Positions 26,775 through 39,841 of a stretch of 64,000 nt of DNA are shown one piece after another. The position numbers and the translations under genes were made by a program. A model generated the notes under the pieces. The model worked only from the letters and a program-made list of their open reading frames with translations, was not told the origin of the DNA and searched no databases. Position 1 is the stretch's first letter; every line of letters starts with the position of its first letter. Location: contig NC_043012.1 of assembly GCF_006345805.1 (NCBI RefSeq), positions 16,058,001 through 16,122,000 of the forward strand, read 5' to 3'. This DNA is from Octopus sinensis. Taxonomy: Eukaryota.

Positions 26775-28480
26775 AAACCAGGTTGCCTCCATATTGGTCC
26801 TTGGAAGTTTGGTAGGGTATGGAGGACTGTTTTTTGTCATTATATTGGCTCAAATGTTCATTTGTCTTTCCGGAATGCTCCTGGATGTCTCCTCTATCTA
26901 TGTCATCTTCATGTCTTTACAAGTACCTTCTATGCATCTTATGCTGTACACTACATTTCTAGTTCTACAGTTAATGCCAGAGTTAACCTTACATGCCATG
27001 CAATTATCATTGGTGCATACGGTATTCCCAAAGGGATACGTCCTACATAGTTGTGATCTGAGGGAGTTCCCTGGCCTTTCAACAATATTAATGTTGTGTT
27101 TGGTCTCCTAAATCTACGGGCTAGGTCTCCAAGGGCTGTGGCCTCTGCAAATATAACTCCTCGATATTTGTCGGATTTATACCATATATTCACCCCGTTT
27201 TCGCTGTCACAGGCTCTTTGTATCTTATTCCGGTCTTTGCTGCTATATCTAGGGGAGGTACCACTGGTTCCGTTACATATAATGTTATCTAACTTCTTTC
27301 TAGCACCCCTGTATACTCGACACATTATCTTTCTGATCATATCCAGAGAATTGCATGCGGTGCATGAAGTTCTGTTCACGCTTCTTCGTTTCATCGGGTT
27401 TGCATAGTGAGGACATTTTGTTCATTATCCTAACTAATTCTGCTATCAGTATGTTGATATTCAAGTTGTGTGACAAAGCCGAGTTCTTGTGAACAACGTA
27501 TTTCGAAGCTATGGGTTTCATGTAATAGGAGTGGAGGAACTGCACTCTGTTATTGACAGTCTCGAACCAAAGTTCAGTATCAAGGACGGGGAGTCTATTG
27601 TTGGGGTGCCTAGTTGGGTAATCTATATTTACCTTGATACTTTGGTGGATGGAGTTAGCTACCTGCTGGATGCTCTTCATTGTGTTCCTCTCCGTTTCTA
27701 CATTATCGTTACTAGAGTTGGTCTTAACTATGATATTAATGTCATCTACATCCTTACTGTAAATAGAAGAGTTTTGAACTGTTCTGCTAAGGATTGCATA
27801 CATTTTCTGTCCCACCAGGGCATGTAGAGGACGGCCACATCTCCAGCTACACCGACACCAATGGTTTCACCTTGAACCTGCATGTATAGTTTCTTGTTAA
27901 ACTTTACTACGTGGTTCTTGAAGGTAGTTCTTACGCTAGCTCCTATTGCATGTGTAATCATTCCTTTCTCTACTTCACTCTCACCAGTTATCTCAATGCA
28001 TTTCTTCACAATAAAATCTATGTCTATAGATGACTAGGGTGAAATCACATCCATACTACCCACTACACAACATGTGAGGTCGCTGGAATGGTTGTACCTA
28101 CTGATTTTACTGAGGAGGTCTTCTGTGCGCACAGACATCTGGGGACATTTCTATGAGAGGTCGTACTACATGAGAGATGAAGTAGGACAGTCTATAATTG
28201 TTGGAGATATTCGCTCCGCAAACTGGTCGGGTTGGGAGCCCCATGTTTATGTAGGGTTTGTGGTCTTTGCGTAACCCGTATAGTGTAGGAACATCATTGT
28301 TGTGTGCAGTCCATTTCTTAGGTTGGAGTATGTTGCACCACATTCCCATGTGTGCATTGAGGACTTTTCCCATTCCTTTATGTTCCTGTGGTGCAACTTC
28401 TCTCATGCTACTGATGTGTTGTTGCATAGTCTGGACAGAGTTCTGTGGGCTGTCTATTGACACTCTGCCAGATGTGTCCG
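26775..28480 (-). mobile_element. Penelope-like element, Naiad-like (RT plus GIY-YIG), fragmented
   Basis: PTLYGLRKDHK, PTRPVCGA, QVQGETIGVGVAG, DVDD, DYPTRHPNNRLPVLD, YMKPIAS, then CxxxxCxxC..NVVYSIRC..C. Multiple frameshifts and stops. Confidence 0.85.
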
Positions 28481-28584
28481 TAATACATACATACATACAT
28501 GTGTATTCGCACACACACATGCGCACAAACAAACAAACAAACAAACAAAAAGAACGCAGCTTGAATAACGGACAGAGTCAGCGA

Positions 28585-28621
28585 CTATTGAAAAGGTTGC
28601 AAGACGCAACGAAAAGTTTAG
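28585..28621 (+). ncRNA. Minimal hammerhead motif with U3-A8 core
   Basis: cta TTGAAAA g gttgc aagac gcaac GAAA ag T T tag. Helix II GTTGC/GCAAC; helix I only 3 bp. Confidence 0.5.
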
Positions 28622-28974
28622 GACAATAAATAAGTAAATGAGTGGAAATTTAACGGTGCGTGTGTTAAATTATAAGGCACTAAAAGAAAATGTGCTCAGC
28701 CATGAGTGCATTGTATTTTATGACAGGAACAGTTGTTAGCTAATTAATTGATTGCAATTTCTTACTTCCTTGTCATTTTAATATCTTATTACTGCTATAA
28801 ACCTGATTGGCGCTTTGTTCTTAAGCATGTATATTGTGTTCTTAGACGAGGTTACTAGTATCGCTATTTCTAGGCGAAATAAAATCTAAACATAAACATA
28901 TTATTGCTATTACTTCTGTTATACGTTTCAGTCATTTGACTGCTGCAATACTGGAGCCCGGCCTTAAAGGGTTT

Positions 28975-29176
28975 TTCAAAATGAGACCTCGTGTGTACCG
29001 TTGGCGATTTTTTTCCCTCTGTCTTCACTTCTCGGGATCTTTCCTTCTCCTATGATTCCGACGAAGAGCTCCGCTTGAAATGTTAAACCCTCCTTCTTTC
29101 CTGAGCGTCCAATAATACTATATTTGTTCCACGTCCTCGCGTTGTTGTGTTTTTGTGTGTTTTTTTGTGTTTTCTT

Positions 29177-29180
<4 letters not shown>
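28975..29180 (+). mobile_element. Family G repeat with HHR-like motif
   Basis: Near-identical to 17765-17975; CCGACGA..GAAA at 29058-29080. Confidence 0.65.
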
Positions 29181-29217
<37 letters not shown>

Positions 29218-29302
29218 TTAGAGACAAAACCACTATTTTGCAAAACAAACAAGGAAAGACTTAATCAATACATAAAATTTTAATAAATAGTCAAAAAAAC
29301 CG

Positions 29303-29345
29303 CCACTACAATTGTTTCTTGTCTTGATCGACAATCTTCAGGTGG
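29303..29345 (-). ncRNA. Canonical minimal type I hammerhead ribozyme
   Basis: ccac CTGAAGA ttgtc gatcaa gacaa GAAA caattgt A gtgg. All three helices perfect, palindromic helix III, GUA site. Confidence 0.85.
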
Positions 29346-29515
29346 ACTTCCAATAAGTCAGTTTCAAATTATTATATATATATTATTATATATATATATA
29401 TGACTGGTTTCTTTCAGTGTCCATCGTCCAATTCTACTTTCAAAGCTTTGGTCGGACTGAGGCTATAGCAGAGGACACTTGGCCAAAGTGCCACATGTAA
29501 TGTTTCTATTTATTA

Positions 29516-29557
<42 letters not shown>

Positions 29558-29854
29558 ACATAAATCCATGTAGAGCTTACAGACACACACATACATAAAT
29601 ACATACACTCGCCCGCACATAGGCACGCACACGCTCACACACACACACACAGACGTATATATGTAGTGACAAGGATACGTCGTTAAGGAAGTTAATTTGT
29701 ATGCGGCTCCGAGCTGAAAGAAACCTTTGCACAGCAATTTCAGAGTGGTGTTTAGAAGTCGGAAATTGTAAAAGTATACTGTGCTATACCACCCGCCCAC
29801 ATACAAATACAAGCATGCATGCACGCACGCATACACTCACATGTATGAGCAATA

Positions 29855-30020
29855 TTCTTTTGTACTCTAGGCACAAGGCCCGAAATTTTGGGGGAGGGGC
29901 CAGCCGATTAGATCGATCTTAGTATGGAACTGGTGCTTACTTTATCGACCCCCGAAAGGATGAAAGGCAAAGTCGACCTCGGCGGATTTGAACTCAGAAC
30001 GTAAAGACAGACGAAATACA
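29855..30020 (-). mobile_element. SINE type D variant, partial
   Basis: tttatcgaccccgaaaggatgaaaggcaaagtcgacctcggcgg core with a different tail (ggcacaaggcccgaaattttggggg). Confidence 0.75.
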
Positions 30021-30320
30021 CATATATAAACAATGTTGATTTCACTTTCTTATATCGCACTTCCGGATGACCTCTACTCAACTCTGACATCTAGACTTCT
30101 CTCCCTATATATCTACCTATTGGGCTAGCCTACTTCATCGTCTGAGGGTGTCCACACAACACACTTAGACTTCAAATTTCTTTTACAACGGTTTATTACA
30201 CAAGTTGTGTGAATCATTAAACTCGAAACTCGAATTCCCAGTGAAATCAATATTATTAATAGATTTCACTCTACTAATTATCCCCACTAATCCACTTGAG
30301 CACACATACATATATATTTA

Positions 30321-30808
30321 TAAAGTGCCGGACCTGCCCGTTATCTGGCTTCCAGAAATCCGGCAATACTGTGCAATACTTTTCAATATAATGTACCCTG
30401 TATTGAATAAATAGACTCTGTTTTTGAAGGTGATTAATTTGCGCAGTGTGTTGAAAATAGTTTTGTTCCTTACATTCTAAAGTGGAGTGATAAAGGTTAA
30501 TTACACTCTGCTTTATCATTGTATCAAATTTGAAATATATCATTTAAATAACGTCATGTTCTATACATTTATTCAATTTCTTCCTATAAATTTCATACTG
30601 TATACATGATACAACATAGTATATCATCAGAATTTAAAGTGGATTAAGAATATCAAAACAGAATCTGCTTTACAATTGTTAAATATGATTTGGTTCTTTA
30701 CTTTATAGCACTTTTAACTATATATTCATAACTATATATTCATAATGTCTCCAGAAATCTGGGACTCTTTCCGTCCCAAGGTTTCCGGATAACTGGTCCA
30801 GCATTGTA
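30321..30808. mobile_element. pogo/Tigger-like MITE
   Basis: Imperfect TIRs taaagtgccggacc..ttatctgg / ccggataactggtccagcattgta, plus an internal repeated tccagaaatc. Confidence 0.5.
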
Positions 30809-31117
30809 TATTTGTGCGTATTAAACATATAATCATACGTAGATGCATACGTTCTTACAAGGCACTGGTGTTGCATGAAGCTTAGTTTTCTTCGATTTTT
30901 TGTGTTTTATGTTACGCATGGCTGTGTATTTAGGAAGTGCTTCTTTCATCCACATGGTTTCGGGTTCAGTCCCACTGCACAGCACCTTGGATACTTGGGC
31001 AAGTGTCCTTCTTCCACGATATCCCGTGTCAACCAGCATCTAGTGAGTGCATTTGATAGACAGAAAGAATACTTTGTGGAAGTCCATCGTACACTCACAC
31101 AAGCACATATATACATT

Positions 31118-31375
31118 ACCGCGTGACAGACCATTCTACTGGATGTTGATATACATCGCGTGTCACAATACGCTTTGCACCGTTTTAGCTTTCGGTTAAT
31201 GACATGCCGATGGCTAGGCGAGCGGGTCAACATTCCCTCTGATCGGAAGCCTACTCCTTGACAGAGTTACCAATTCTACAGCCGAATAGACAGTAGCAAC
31301 CTGAAACAAAGTGTTTTACGTAATAGTACAACATAACACTCAATCCGAAAACCGGATTCTATCGCCGAACCGCTA
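31118..31375 (-). mobile_element. Old SINE with type C (CORE-like) body and type B variant-2 tail
   Basis: 31118-31232 is homologous to 7833-7945. Minus strand of 31270-31335 resembles 8545-8610. Confidence 0.6.
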
Positions 31376-31466
31376 ATTGAAGGGGACACTCACAAACCAA
31401 CATCGATTTTCAAGGTGAGAGGAATACAAATGCAAAGAACAAAATTACACAAGCACACATACGTGT

Positions 31467-31510
<44 letters not shown>

Positions 31511-31623
31511 ATCTTATACGTAAGTATATATTCTTTAACACATGGTACGACTCTACAACACTGTCTCTCTCCCCCTCTCCTACATTTCTCTGCCTTTCAC
31601 ACTTTGCACTCCACTTTGATCAG

Positions 31624-31661
<38 letters not shown>

Positions 31662-31699
31662 TCGTTTGTTCCTTGTTCCCCTTCTTTCTCTCTTCATCT

Positions 31700-32185
31700 G
31701 TCCCTCTTTTCTTCTCTCTTTCCCTCACACGTGACTAGCCAACTGATTGCTGGCCTTTCGTGTCCAGCAGCCGTTGCGGCAAGACACAATTTTGTTTTCT
31801 CTCTGTAGCCCTAAGGCATTTTTCTAACGCCAGCTCAAAAAATTTACTCGTCCTGTCGAAAAGACGCTTGTCTGTGACGTCCTGTTTTTGTTGTTATTAT
31901 TATTCATTATTGTTTTTACGTATTTTTGTATTCTTATTCGTGTAACATCGTCCGGTTTTCCGTCCTTGTTTTGTATACATTCGAGGCTTTCTTCCAAGGA
32001 ATCTAATGCGCTTGGCTTAGATTTTCCTTTGGGGCTGGCCAGATCGGAGCAATCACAAGATTAATCAGCCGAAATTGCGAAGATGATCCGGTTCTTGACT
32101 GAAGATTGAAGGCTTCGAATGTCCGTCCGTGTTTTTTGTATCGTCTTCTAAATGTTTCACGTTCTTGTCCCAGTTTGTATTTTTT
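31700..32185. repeat. Unclassified interspersed repeat (copy of 13372-13900)
   Basis: Direct sequence similarity. Confidence 0.8.
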
Positions 32186-32204
32186 TACACACACACACAC
32201 ACAC

Positions 32205-32271
<67 letters not shown>

Positions 32272-32272
<1 letters not shown>

Positions 32273-32490
32273 ATAGTGTATATTTAAACACACGGGGAAT
32301 CCACTCATAGGAATTCAAGACGCTAGAAAGAACAGCTAGGTTCTATAACCACAAAAATTAGGGATAAAATTCGACAGGAACCAAATGAAAAATAAAAACA
32401 TTTTACCATCTAGTTTCCTGCACCAATTGGTTTCTGGTTTTAGTTTACTCCCTAAACTAAAATCAGAAACCAATTGGTGCACGTGATGTT
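32272..32490 (-). mobile_element. Partial copy of the 12405-12961 HHR unit ending in a fold-back
   Basis: Matches 12498-12672, then tgcaccaattggtttctggttttagttta is immediately repeated in inverted orientation. Confidence 0.75.
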
Positions 32491-33340
32491 TCATCCTTGA
32501 GTTCTCTATGGAACACTTCCCTTTCCTGTGACTTTGCTGACAAATAGCGTGACAAAGTACGTCTTTTATCAGCTAATAAATCATCTATATGTCCATCATT
32601 TTCTTTAAACCAATCTTGATGCTCTCCCAGAACTTTCTTGCCTATAATCATAAACTGACTTTTTAAGGGTCGGCCAACCCTCTCCAATATCTGCAACATT
32701 CATTTCCTCTCGCAAAGTTCTCTACACGCTATTACACCTCAGACGATCAACATTCAGTCTTTTAAGCAGGATAATCCCTGCAGCCCGGATTTTACGTTTT
32801 GTGACTAATTTCAATTTTGCACGTACCAGGCGGTGGTCAGTCCAACATTCAGCCCCACATAGAACACGAACACACGCACCCTAACAAGGATGTAATCCAG
32901 AATATGCCATTCTTTAGATGCAGGGTGCATGCTTGTGGTCTTAAACTTATTCTTTTGTTGAAACATGGTATTAGTAACACACAGACGCAGCTCCTCACAC
33001 ATCTGCAGCAGAAGCATGGCATTACTATTACACTATCCCGCCCCATGCTTTCCAATTACAGTCCATCTATTAAAATCCATACCCACTCTAGTATTAAAGT
33101 CACTCAGTATGATGACTTTGTCTGGCCAAAAGATATTTCTTATAATATCCTTCAAAGCTTGGTAGAAAGAAACTTCATCAATAGAGCACATAGTTGGAAC
33201 ATACACACTCAACAAGGTCACGTAATTTCCTTTAACCAAAGGAATTCTCATGGACATAAGATGCTCGTTAATCCCGACTGGGAATTCTTCCAAGTTGTCC
33301 ACAAGAGTAGTCTTAACAGCAAATGCCACTCCATCCTCTC
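32491..33340 (-). pseudogene. RTE (BovB-like) LINE endonuclease/linker fragment
   Basis: SVYVPTM, ILSDFNTRVG, IGKHGAG, TNTMFQQKNKFKTTSMHPASKEWHILDY, HQDWFKEND. Confidence 0.85.
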
Positions 33341-34316
33341 CTCTCTCTTTCCCTCTCTCTCTCTCTCCCTCTCTCTGTATATATATATATATAGTTTTGA
33401 ATGGAAATAAATTGCTCTTTCTCGGGGATGTATTTCATCCAAGCGTACCCCGGTTTACCGACATATCGATTAATTTTCCTGGAGTTTGTTAATTTGTGTT
33501 ATTATTAGTGCTTCTTCGACATCAGTACTTTACACTTATGAAGTTCCAGTTATCATTATAGATGTTTTCTTCTATCCGATATAGGAGAAGAGAATTTTAT
33601 AATATAATATATGGAAAATGGAGAGTCTGAACACAGAAATGAATTTATTTATGCTGACAGTTAAATAAATAAAATGATTTCTGTGTTCGAACTCTTTCAT
33701 TTTCATTTCGTTTCACTTCTACAATAGTGAATTAGACAAACTAACGTTTAAGTTAGAATTACTTTATATTTTATGAAATATTTTCAAGATTTAATAATTG
33801 AATTTTGAAAGTCAAGAAAGACAATATGTCTGGAAATGAAAATTATATAGTAATCAACTCCAGAGGGGAAAAAGTTCAACGAAAACTACGAATCGTAGCA
33901 AATTTTTGAACAATTAAAAGAAATCAGTAATAAACAGAACCAGTATACAATAGGTATATCTACAATAACTTCAAAACATACATTACACATTATGGTGTAT
34001 TAACATTATAGGAACAATGGGGGGGGATGTGCTATTTTGAAATGTTGATTTTAGTTTCTCTTCAAAATTTTACATCTTTCCTTCAACCATATAATATTAC
34101 GTCAGTAGCCATTATATTTGGGCGTGCGTATCTGTACGTGTGTTTGTGTGTGTGTGTGTGTGTGCATATGTGTGTTTGCAAGTGTGTGCATGTGTGTGCT
34201 TGGTTATAAAGGCTGTCATTTATAGATTTATCTACTTTGAGTTGCATCGTTCAAAAGGATTATATCATTTCTGAAAGTTCCTCAATACTTGTGATATGTC
34301 TTTATATATATTTATG

Positions 34317-34381
<65 letters not shown>

Positions 34382-34429
34382 CAATTAAGATTCAGTTGAA
34401 TTAAATACTTAATTTGAGGCCCGTGTATG

Positions 34430-35025
34430 TGTAAGTGAGTGTAATTGTTTCTGAGTTTGGCCCACACCACCGCTTGACAACCGGTGTTGGTGTGTTTACC
34501 TCTCCGTAACATTGCAATTCGGCCACAGGAAACAATAGAATAAGCACCAGAGTTAACGTTAATTAGTACTAATGTCGATTCATCTGACTTCGAATTCTTC
34601 AAGGCTTTGCCCCATTATAGCTGAGGTCTAATGATTCAAGCAAGTATGAGTTAAAACACACACACAGACACACGCACGCAAACACACACTCATACACACA
34701 CACACACCAGGATATAATATTGTCTTCAAATAATGGCACATCGCCAGCAATTTCAGGTGGCGAGAAGGGATGTGTGGATTATATGGACCCCAGTTTTCAA
34801 CTGGTACTTTTTTTATTGACTCCGAAATGATGAAAAGCGAAGTCGATCTCGACCGGATTTTAACCTAAACCGTAATGATGGACGAAATGCCGTTAAGCAT
34901 CGACTCCTGTACTCAACTCTTATTTTTTCGATCCCGAAAGAATGAAAGGTAAAGTCGACCTCGACGGAATTTGAACTTAGATCGTAAAGATGGACGAAAT
35001 GCCATTAAGCATTTTCTCGTCGTGT
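34430..35025. mobile_element. Cluster of degenerate SINE A (+) and SINE D (-, tandem partial) copies
   Basis: caccgcttgacaaccggtgttggtgtgttt and two gaaaggtaaagtcgacctc-like blocks. Confidence 0.65.
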
Positions 35026-35229
35026 ATAAAGGTAGGAGAAAAACACCCCTATCCAATGGACGGTGCTGAGTTGTCGAACATTTAAACAAAATTTTCTCAA
35101 AACAACTTGTCCGACCGTCCCATAGGCCTTCCCTTTGAGAAACACTGATTTAACCTAAATTTGAGACACCAGCAAAAGAAGAAATAAAGATAGACGTTTT
35201 TTGTATTCCAAAGAAGGCTTTATCGATCG

Positions 35230-35390
35230 CATTCTCACCTGGAATCGATTTTTGTAATTTTTTCAAGACTTATACACGCCATGATACCGTCGATATATGC
35301 ATATCAAATTTGAGCGCAATCGGATGGAGGATGCCCGAGATCCTAGAAGACACACACTCAGACAGACAGAACGGATTTTATATAATAGAT
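35230..35390 (-). mobile_element. Possible non-autonomous Helitron 5' end
   Basis: Minus strand starts atctattatataaaa followed by (ctgt)n and ccgattgcgctcaaattt, resembling small Helitron-derived elements. Confidence 0.4.
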
Positions 35391-36721
35391 AACAGTAAAC
35401 ACACTTCCGTTTTACCTTGTCCATATTAATTCTTTTCTGTTTTAAACTCTTGTATCATTATTAGTGATTTTAACTCTCAGATACTGTACTGAAACGTGCT
35501 AAGCAAAAGTATGGTCAAGGTTATAAGAACTCAAGAGACACCCACTCTCTCTCTGTCTGACTGTCTGTCTGTCTGTATCACTCGCTGTCTTTATGCACAA
35601 ACACATACAATGTTGGTACCAAGTGACGAATAGGCGCAATCGCTTGAGGGCTGGATGTACTGACTTGTGATATTTGGCTTCGAATGCCTATGCAGTAAAT
35701 TCAAATACCGTCAAGGTAAGCTTTGCCTTCCATGCTTTTCATTTTTTTTTTCCATGAGTGAGGTAAATTGTCGGGACAGTTAAAGTATCAAGCAAGATGG
35801 CCTGCATTATCTCTTTGCTTTCTGACAACCTCTACAACAACAATGCTGCTAAGATTTACAGACACAAGGCAGCGGCCTTTAACTTGGTTAACGTTAGTGG
35901 CGTTGAGAAGAAATACTTAGACCAATGGGCAGCTGCCAGGTTGTATCGAAACAATCCTACCTTAGCCTACACGTACATATGCAGATACATGTGTAATATA
36001 TATACATACACACACTACGCACACGCGCGCACACACACACATATACATACGTACTATATATATATATGTACACACACACACAAACACACACACAGTAACT
36101 CATTTAACGCTACTTCTGAGAGCGAAATCTCGTCATAATGAAGTTCAATAGAGCGATTAGCATCCCAATTTACAAAGAAAATAAACAGGTTCGTTTCAGC
36201 CGTCAATGCAATTTCCCGATTAAACCTGAAAATCGCTGCAATTAACCATCTCGTTTCTCTATTAGAGAACACCGAAGGAAACAATCAGTCAAATTTCGTT
36301 TGATTTTTTTTTGTGTGTGTGTGTGTGTGTATGTTCTGGAACATTCGTTGGTGCTACATTTTGACATTTGCATAATAATTTCTTATATTATTAAAGTAAA
36401 GTAATTAAAAAGTAATTCAGCACTCTTATTATCCCATCACGAAACATATGCACGAAACGATATCATTAAAGAATGTCAAATTAACCTTTATAAATTGAGG
36501 AGAATGGAAATATGTCTTGGGATTATAAGAGCTTTAGACAGAATCAATCTGACAAAAGCTACGTTGAAAAGCGCTAGTGAGTGTATCACCTTATAACTGA
36601 CATAACACGCTGCAAAATCAAGGAAATTGTGGAGAAATGTTATTTGTGTGGCTAAATATTGCAGCATAATTCGCCATACTTTCAAATTATTATGCAGTAA
36701 AAGGCGGTTCTTCATTTACAT

Positions 36722-36962
36722 CAATGGTTCTCAACAAAGGTCCATATAATCTCTGGGGGTTCATATAAGATTTTGTCATCAAAATTTAAGTGCAGGAAGT
36801 TGTTTATACTTCTACAATACACAAAAGATTTTAACAATTTTGTTTATAGAATTTCTAATAATTTTTCATTAAAATATACAATAGATTCTTTTTTAAGATT
36901 GAATGGCTATGTCAAAATAGGAATAAAAAGAATCCCTGGGCAGAAATGGTTCCGAACCACTG
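36722..36962. mobile_element. hAT-Charlie-like MITE
   Basis: Termini caatggttctcaac / gttccgaaccactg with imperfect 8 bp flanks atttacat / atttaaac. Confidence 0.6.
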
Positions 36963-37699
36963 ATTTAAACGATTGGAACAAGAAGACAGTGTAAATAACA
37001 GAAACTGTTGAAGTAAAAAGAAACTGACAATGCCGGTCAAGCGTTTCTGGCTTTCTATGGAGGGCTTGAGAAGTTGAGAATTGGTCTATATTCATAGTTA
37101 TATTTTTGGAAGAAAGATTTTTGTCAACATAACATGGCAGTACTGGTTTAGGACGAATGTTGTTGTAGTTTAGCCCCAGGAGTCATCGTATACAGCTGGC
37201 TATACGACACGATCTAGCACCCCCACATGTTGGCAAAAATTTTTACTCCAAAGCACTGTTGCTGAATATCTCTCGTTGTGAGATTTAAAAACAGTTATTT
37301 TCTAAGATATATTTTTGTTAGATATTTTTTGTTAGATAATTTTGTTATTCTATATTGATCTTCCTAATTTAACTTTTTCGTAGGATGTAGCAGGTCCCCC
37401 ATATTTTAAACAATAAGTGTACCACGCTGTCCGGCTTAATCCCGCCATCTGGCATTTGGGTGTCTTTTGCAGAGTTCTCTCTTTTGCACTCATTCGGACA
37501 ATGCATCCAATTTAGGGATTTCTGTGACTTTTCCATGGATCATCATCTTGTATAAGTTCCTACTATGTGAAACATAGATCCATTCCTCTGGCCAATTCTC
37601 TCCAACGACTTACTACAAATCACTAGAAGCTATTTATACTATCTAACTCTGAGACGCTCTTACATTCACCAAACTTTAATTTTCCCTTTTTTTCGGAGA

Positions 37700-38650
37700 C
37701 AAACTCAAACATTTGGAAGTATTTTCAGAGTGACCCATTCCAATCAACTATCGTTCTACTGTTCTCACTTCTGACATCTCTACGGTAATGGAATAACGTT
37801 CACTATCATTTTCTATCCCTCTCTTTCTCCCCTCAATAACAACTCATACAGCGTCGGAGAACCAAAACTAGTAAGGACCTACGCCCTTATATCTTTCACA
37901 GTGGGCTTTCACTTTACTGAAGTTTAGTAAAAGAAATGCTGCTGCTCTGGCATCAGAAAAGTCTTTAACGTGTTTGGTATGAAAATCAAAATTTACCATC
38001 CACAGGCTCTACTCATCTCTCACCTCTCCGATCTGTGACTTCCTATAAGATGGAACCATTGCATTTACGGATTTCTTTCTTCCTCACTCTCCATAATCTC
38101 TTTTATGCTACAGACTTCCCTTCTCTTACATCAATACCTACCTGCTGCCACATCACTAACACCTACGCTTATGCAAATAATACAACCCTTTATTTCTTCT
38201 CCCCTTTCCCCAACTAAGCATCATCCACACGCTTTCTAGAGACTTCACATCGAACCTGCATTGTTTCCATAAATGGAGAGCTAGAGAGAGAATTATCCAA
38301 GCGAAGCAGGTCAACCTTGTCCCTTTTGGTTACCAAAATCCACAATAAAAAACACGCCAATTTTGCCCTACAACCTCCTTAAATTAAGTAATATTCAACA
38401 AGAACACTCATAACCTCAAATGCTGGTTTTACAACCAGCGCGTATCTCACCTGCTGAAAATGCTTCTTTAGCATAGTTAAAAGCGCATCCTATATATTGG
38501 CGCTTCTCTTGAAGTTCAAAAATCATTTCAGGTCCTAAGAGCTGCTGACAGGATAGATAGCTCACATCTGGGATGGTACTATAGCTCTGTACACAAACAC
38601 TTTGGACAGCATACATTTACACATGAATACATTTCAATCACTGGTTGATG
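37700..38650 (+). pseudogene. Highly degenerate non-LTR RT remnant
   Basis: AYANNTTL (YADD-like) and an aactatcgt..ctcacttct remnant of NYRPISLTS. Confidence 0.4.
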
Positions 38651-39324
38651 TACGCATTGTCTCGTCTTTTTTAGCACTACCGTCCAGGTGAGGAACCTAT
38701 ACGCCTAGGAAACCGGGAAACCGACCCTTATGAGCCAGGCGTGGCTCGAGAAGGAACAAAACAAAAAAAACAAGTTTTGCATGTATGTATGTGTACCATT
38801 ACATGAATTTATACATAAAAGCAGACATATATACATGCATACATACGTACAAACATACATACATACATACATGTATACATACATATATACATAACGCATA
38901 CATGTGTGTGTATGTGTGTGTGTATGTGTGTGTGTTTGTGTCTGTGTGTGTGTAAAACAGTAATCTCTCAATCTTTATTTCTCTTTTGCGATTAGAAAAG
39001 TTGAGAAAGTGTGTGAGAGTAATCGATGCAAAAAGTAAAAGGGAAAGAGAGAAAGGGAGGGGGGGAGATAGTATGAGAGTCAGGCAGAAAGCAACAGCGA
39101 GAGTGACACAATTCAGTTTGGTTTAGCAGTTCAATGATAACTAGTCGTTAGTGCTAATTTGTGCGTTAATTAATATTTATATGCAAAGAGGCCACAGGTT
39201 ATTGCAACTCCATATTTCTACCTCATACTTAGCGCTTGTGCTTGAATAGTTCGTGTGAAAGCGAACTGTAAGGAACAGAAGAGAAAGAACGTATGAGAGA
39301 TATGGATATATATATATATATATA

Positions 39325-39685
39325 CTTTTACTTGTTTCAGTCATTTAACTGTGGCCATGGTGGAACACCGCCTTTAGTCGAGCAAATGGGCCCCAGGACT
39401 TATTCTTTGTAAGCCTAGTACTTATTCTATCGGTCTCTTTTGCCGAACCGCTAAGTTACAGGGACGTAAACACACCAGCATCGGTTGTCAAGCGATGATA
39501 GGGTGACAAACACGCACACACAAACATATACACACATATACATATATATACATATATACGACGGGCTTCTTTCAGTTTCCGTCTACCAAATCCACTCACA
39601 AGTCTTTCGTCGGCCCGAGACTATAGTAGAAGACACTTGCCCAAGGTGACATGCAGTGGGACTGAACCCGTAACCATGTGGTTGA
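39325..39685 (-). mobile_element. SINE type A, near complete
   Basis: B-box-like gggttcagtccc, then caccttgggcaagtgtcttctactatag (CORE-like), an internal TA/TG tract and the CR1-like tail. Confidence 0.85.
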
Positions 39686-39807
39686 TATATATGTATATAT
39701 ATATATTGAGGAAAAGAAGGTTAAATGTGACAGAATATTTTTATAGTATAAGAGGGATTGAGAGAGAGATAAAAGAAAAAACTATCTGTGAAGAATGTGA
39801 CATCAGT

Positions 39808-39841
<34 letters not shown>

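Noticed and set aside
30575-30635. Minus-strand CTGATGA..atact/agtat..GAAA
   Set aside because: No helix I and an AT-only context inside a MITE; likely chance.
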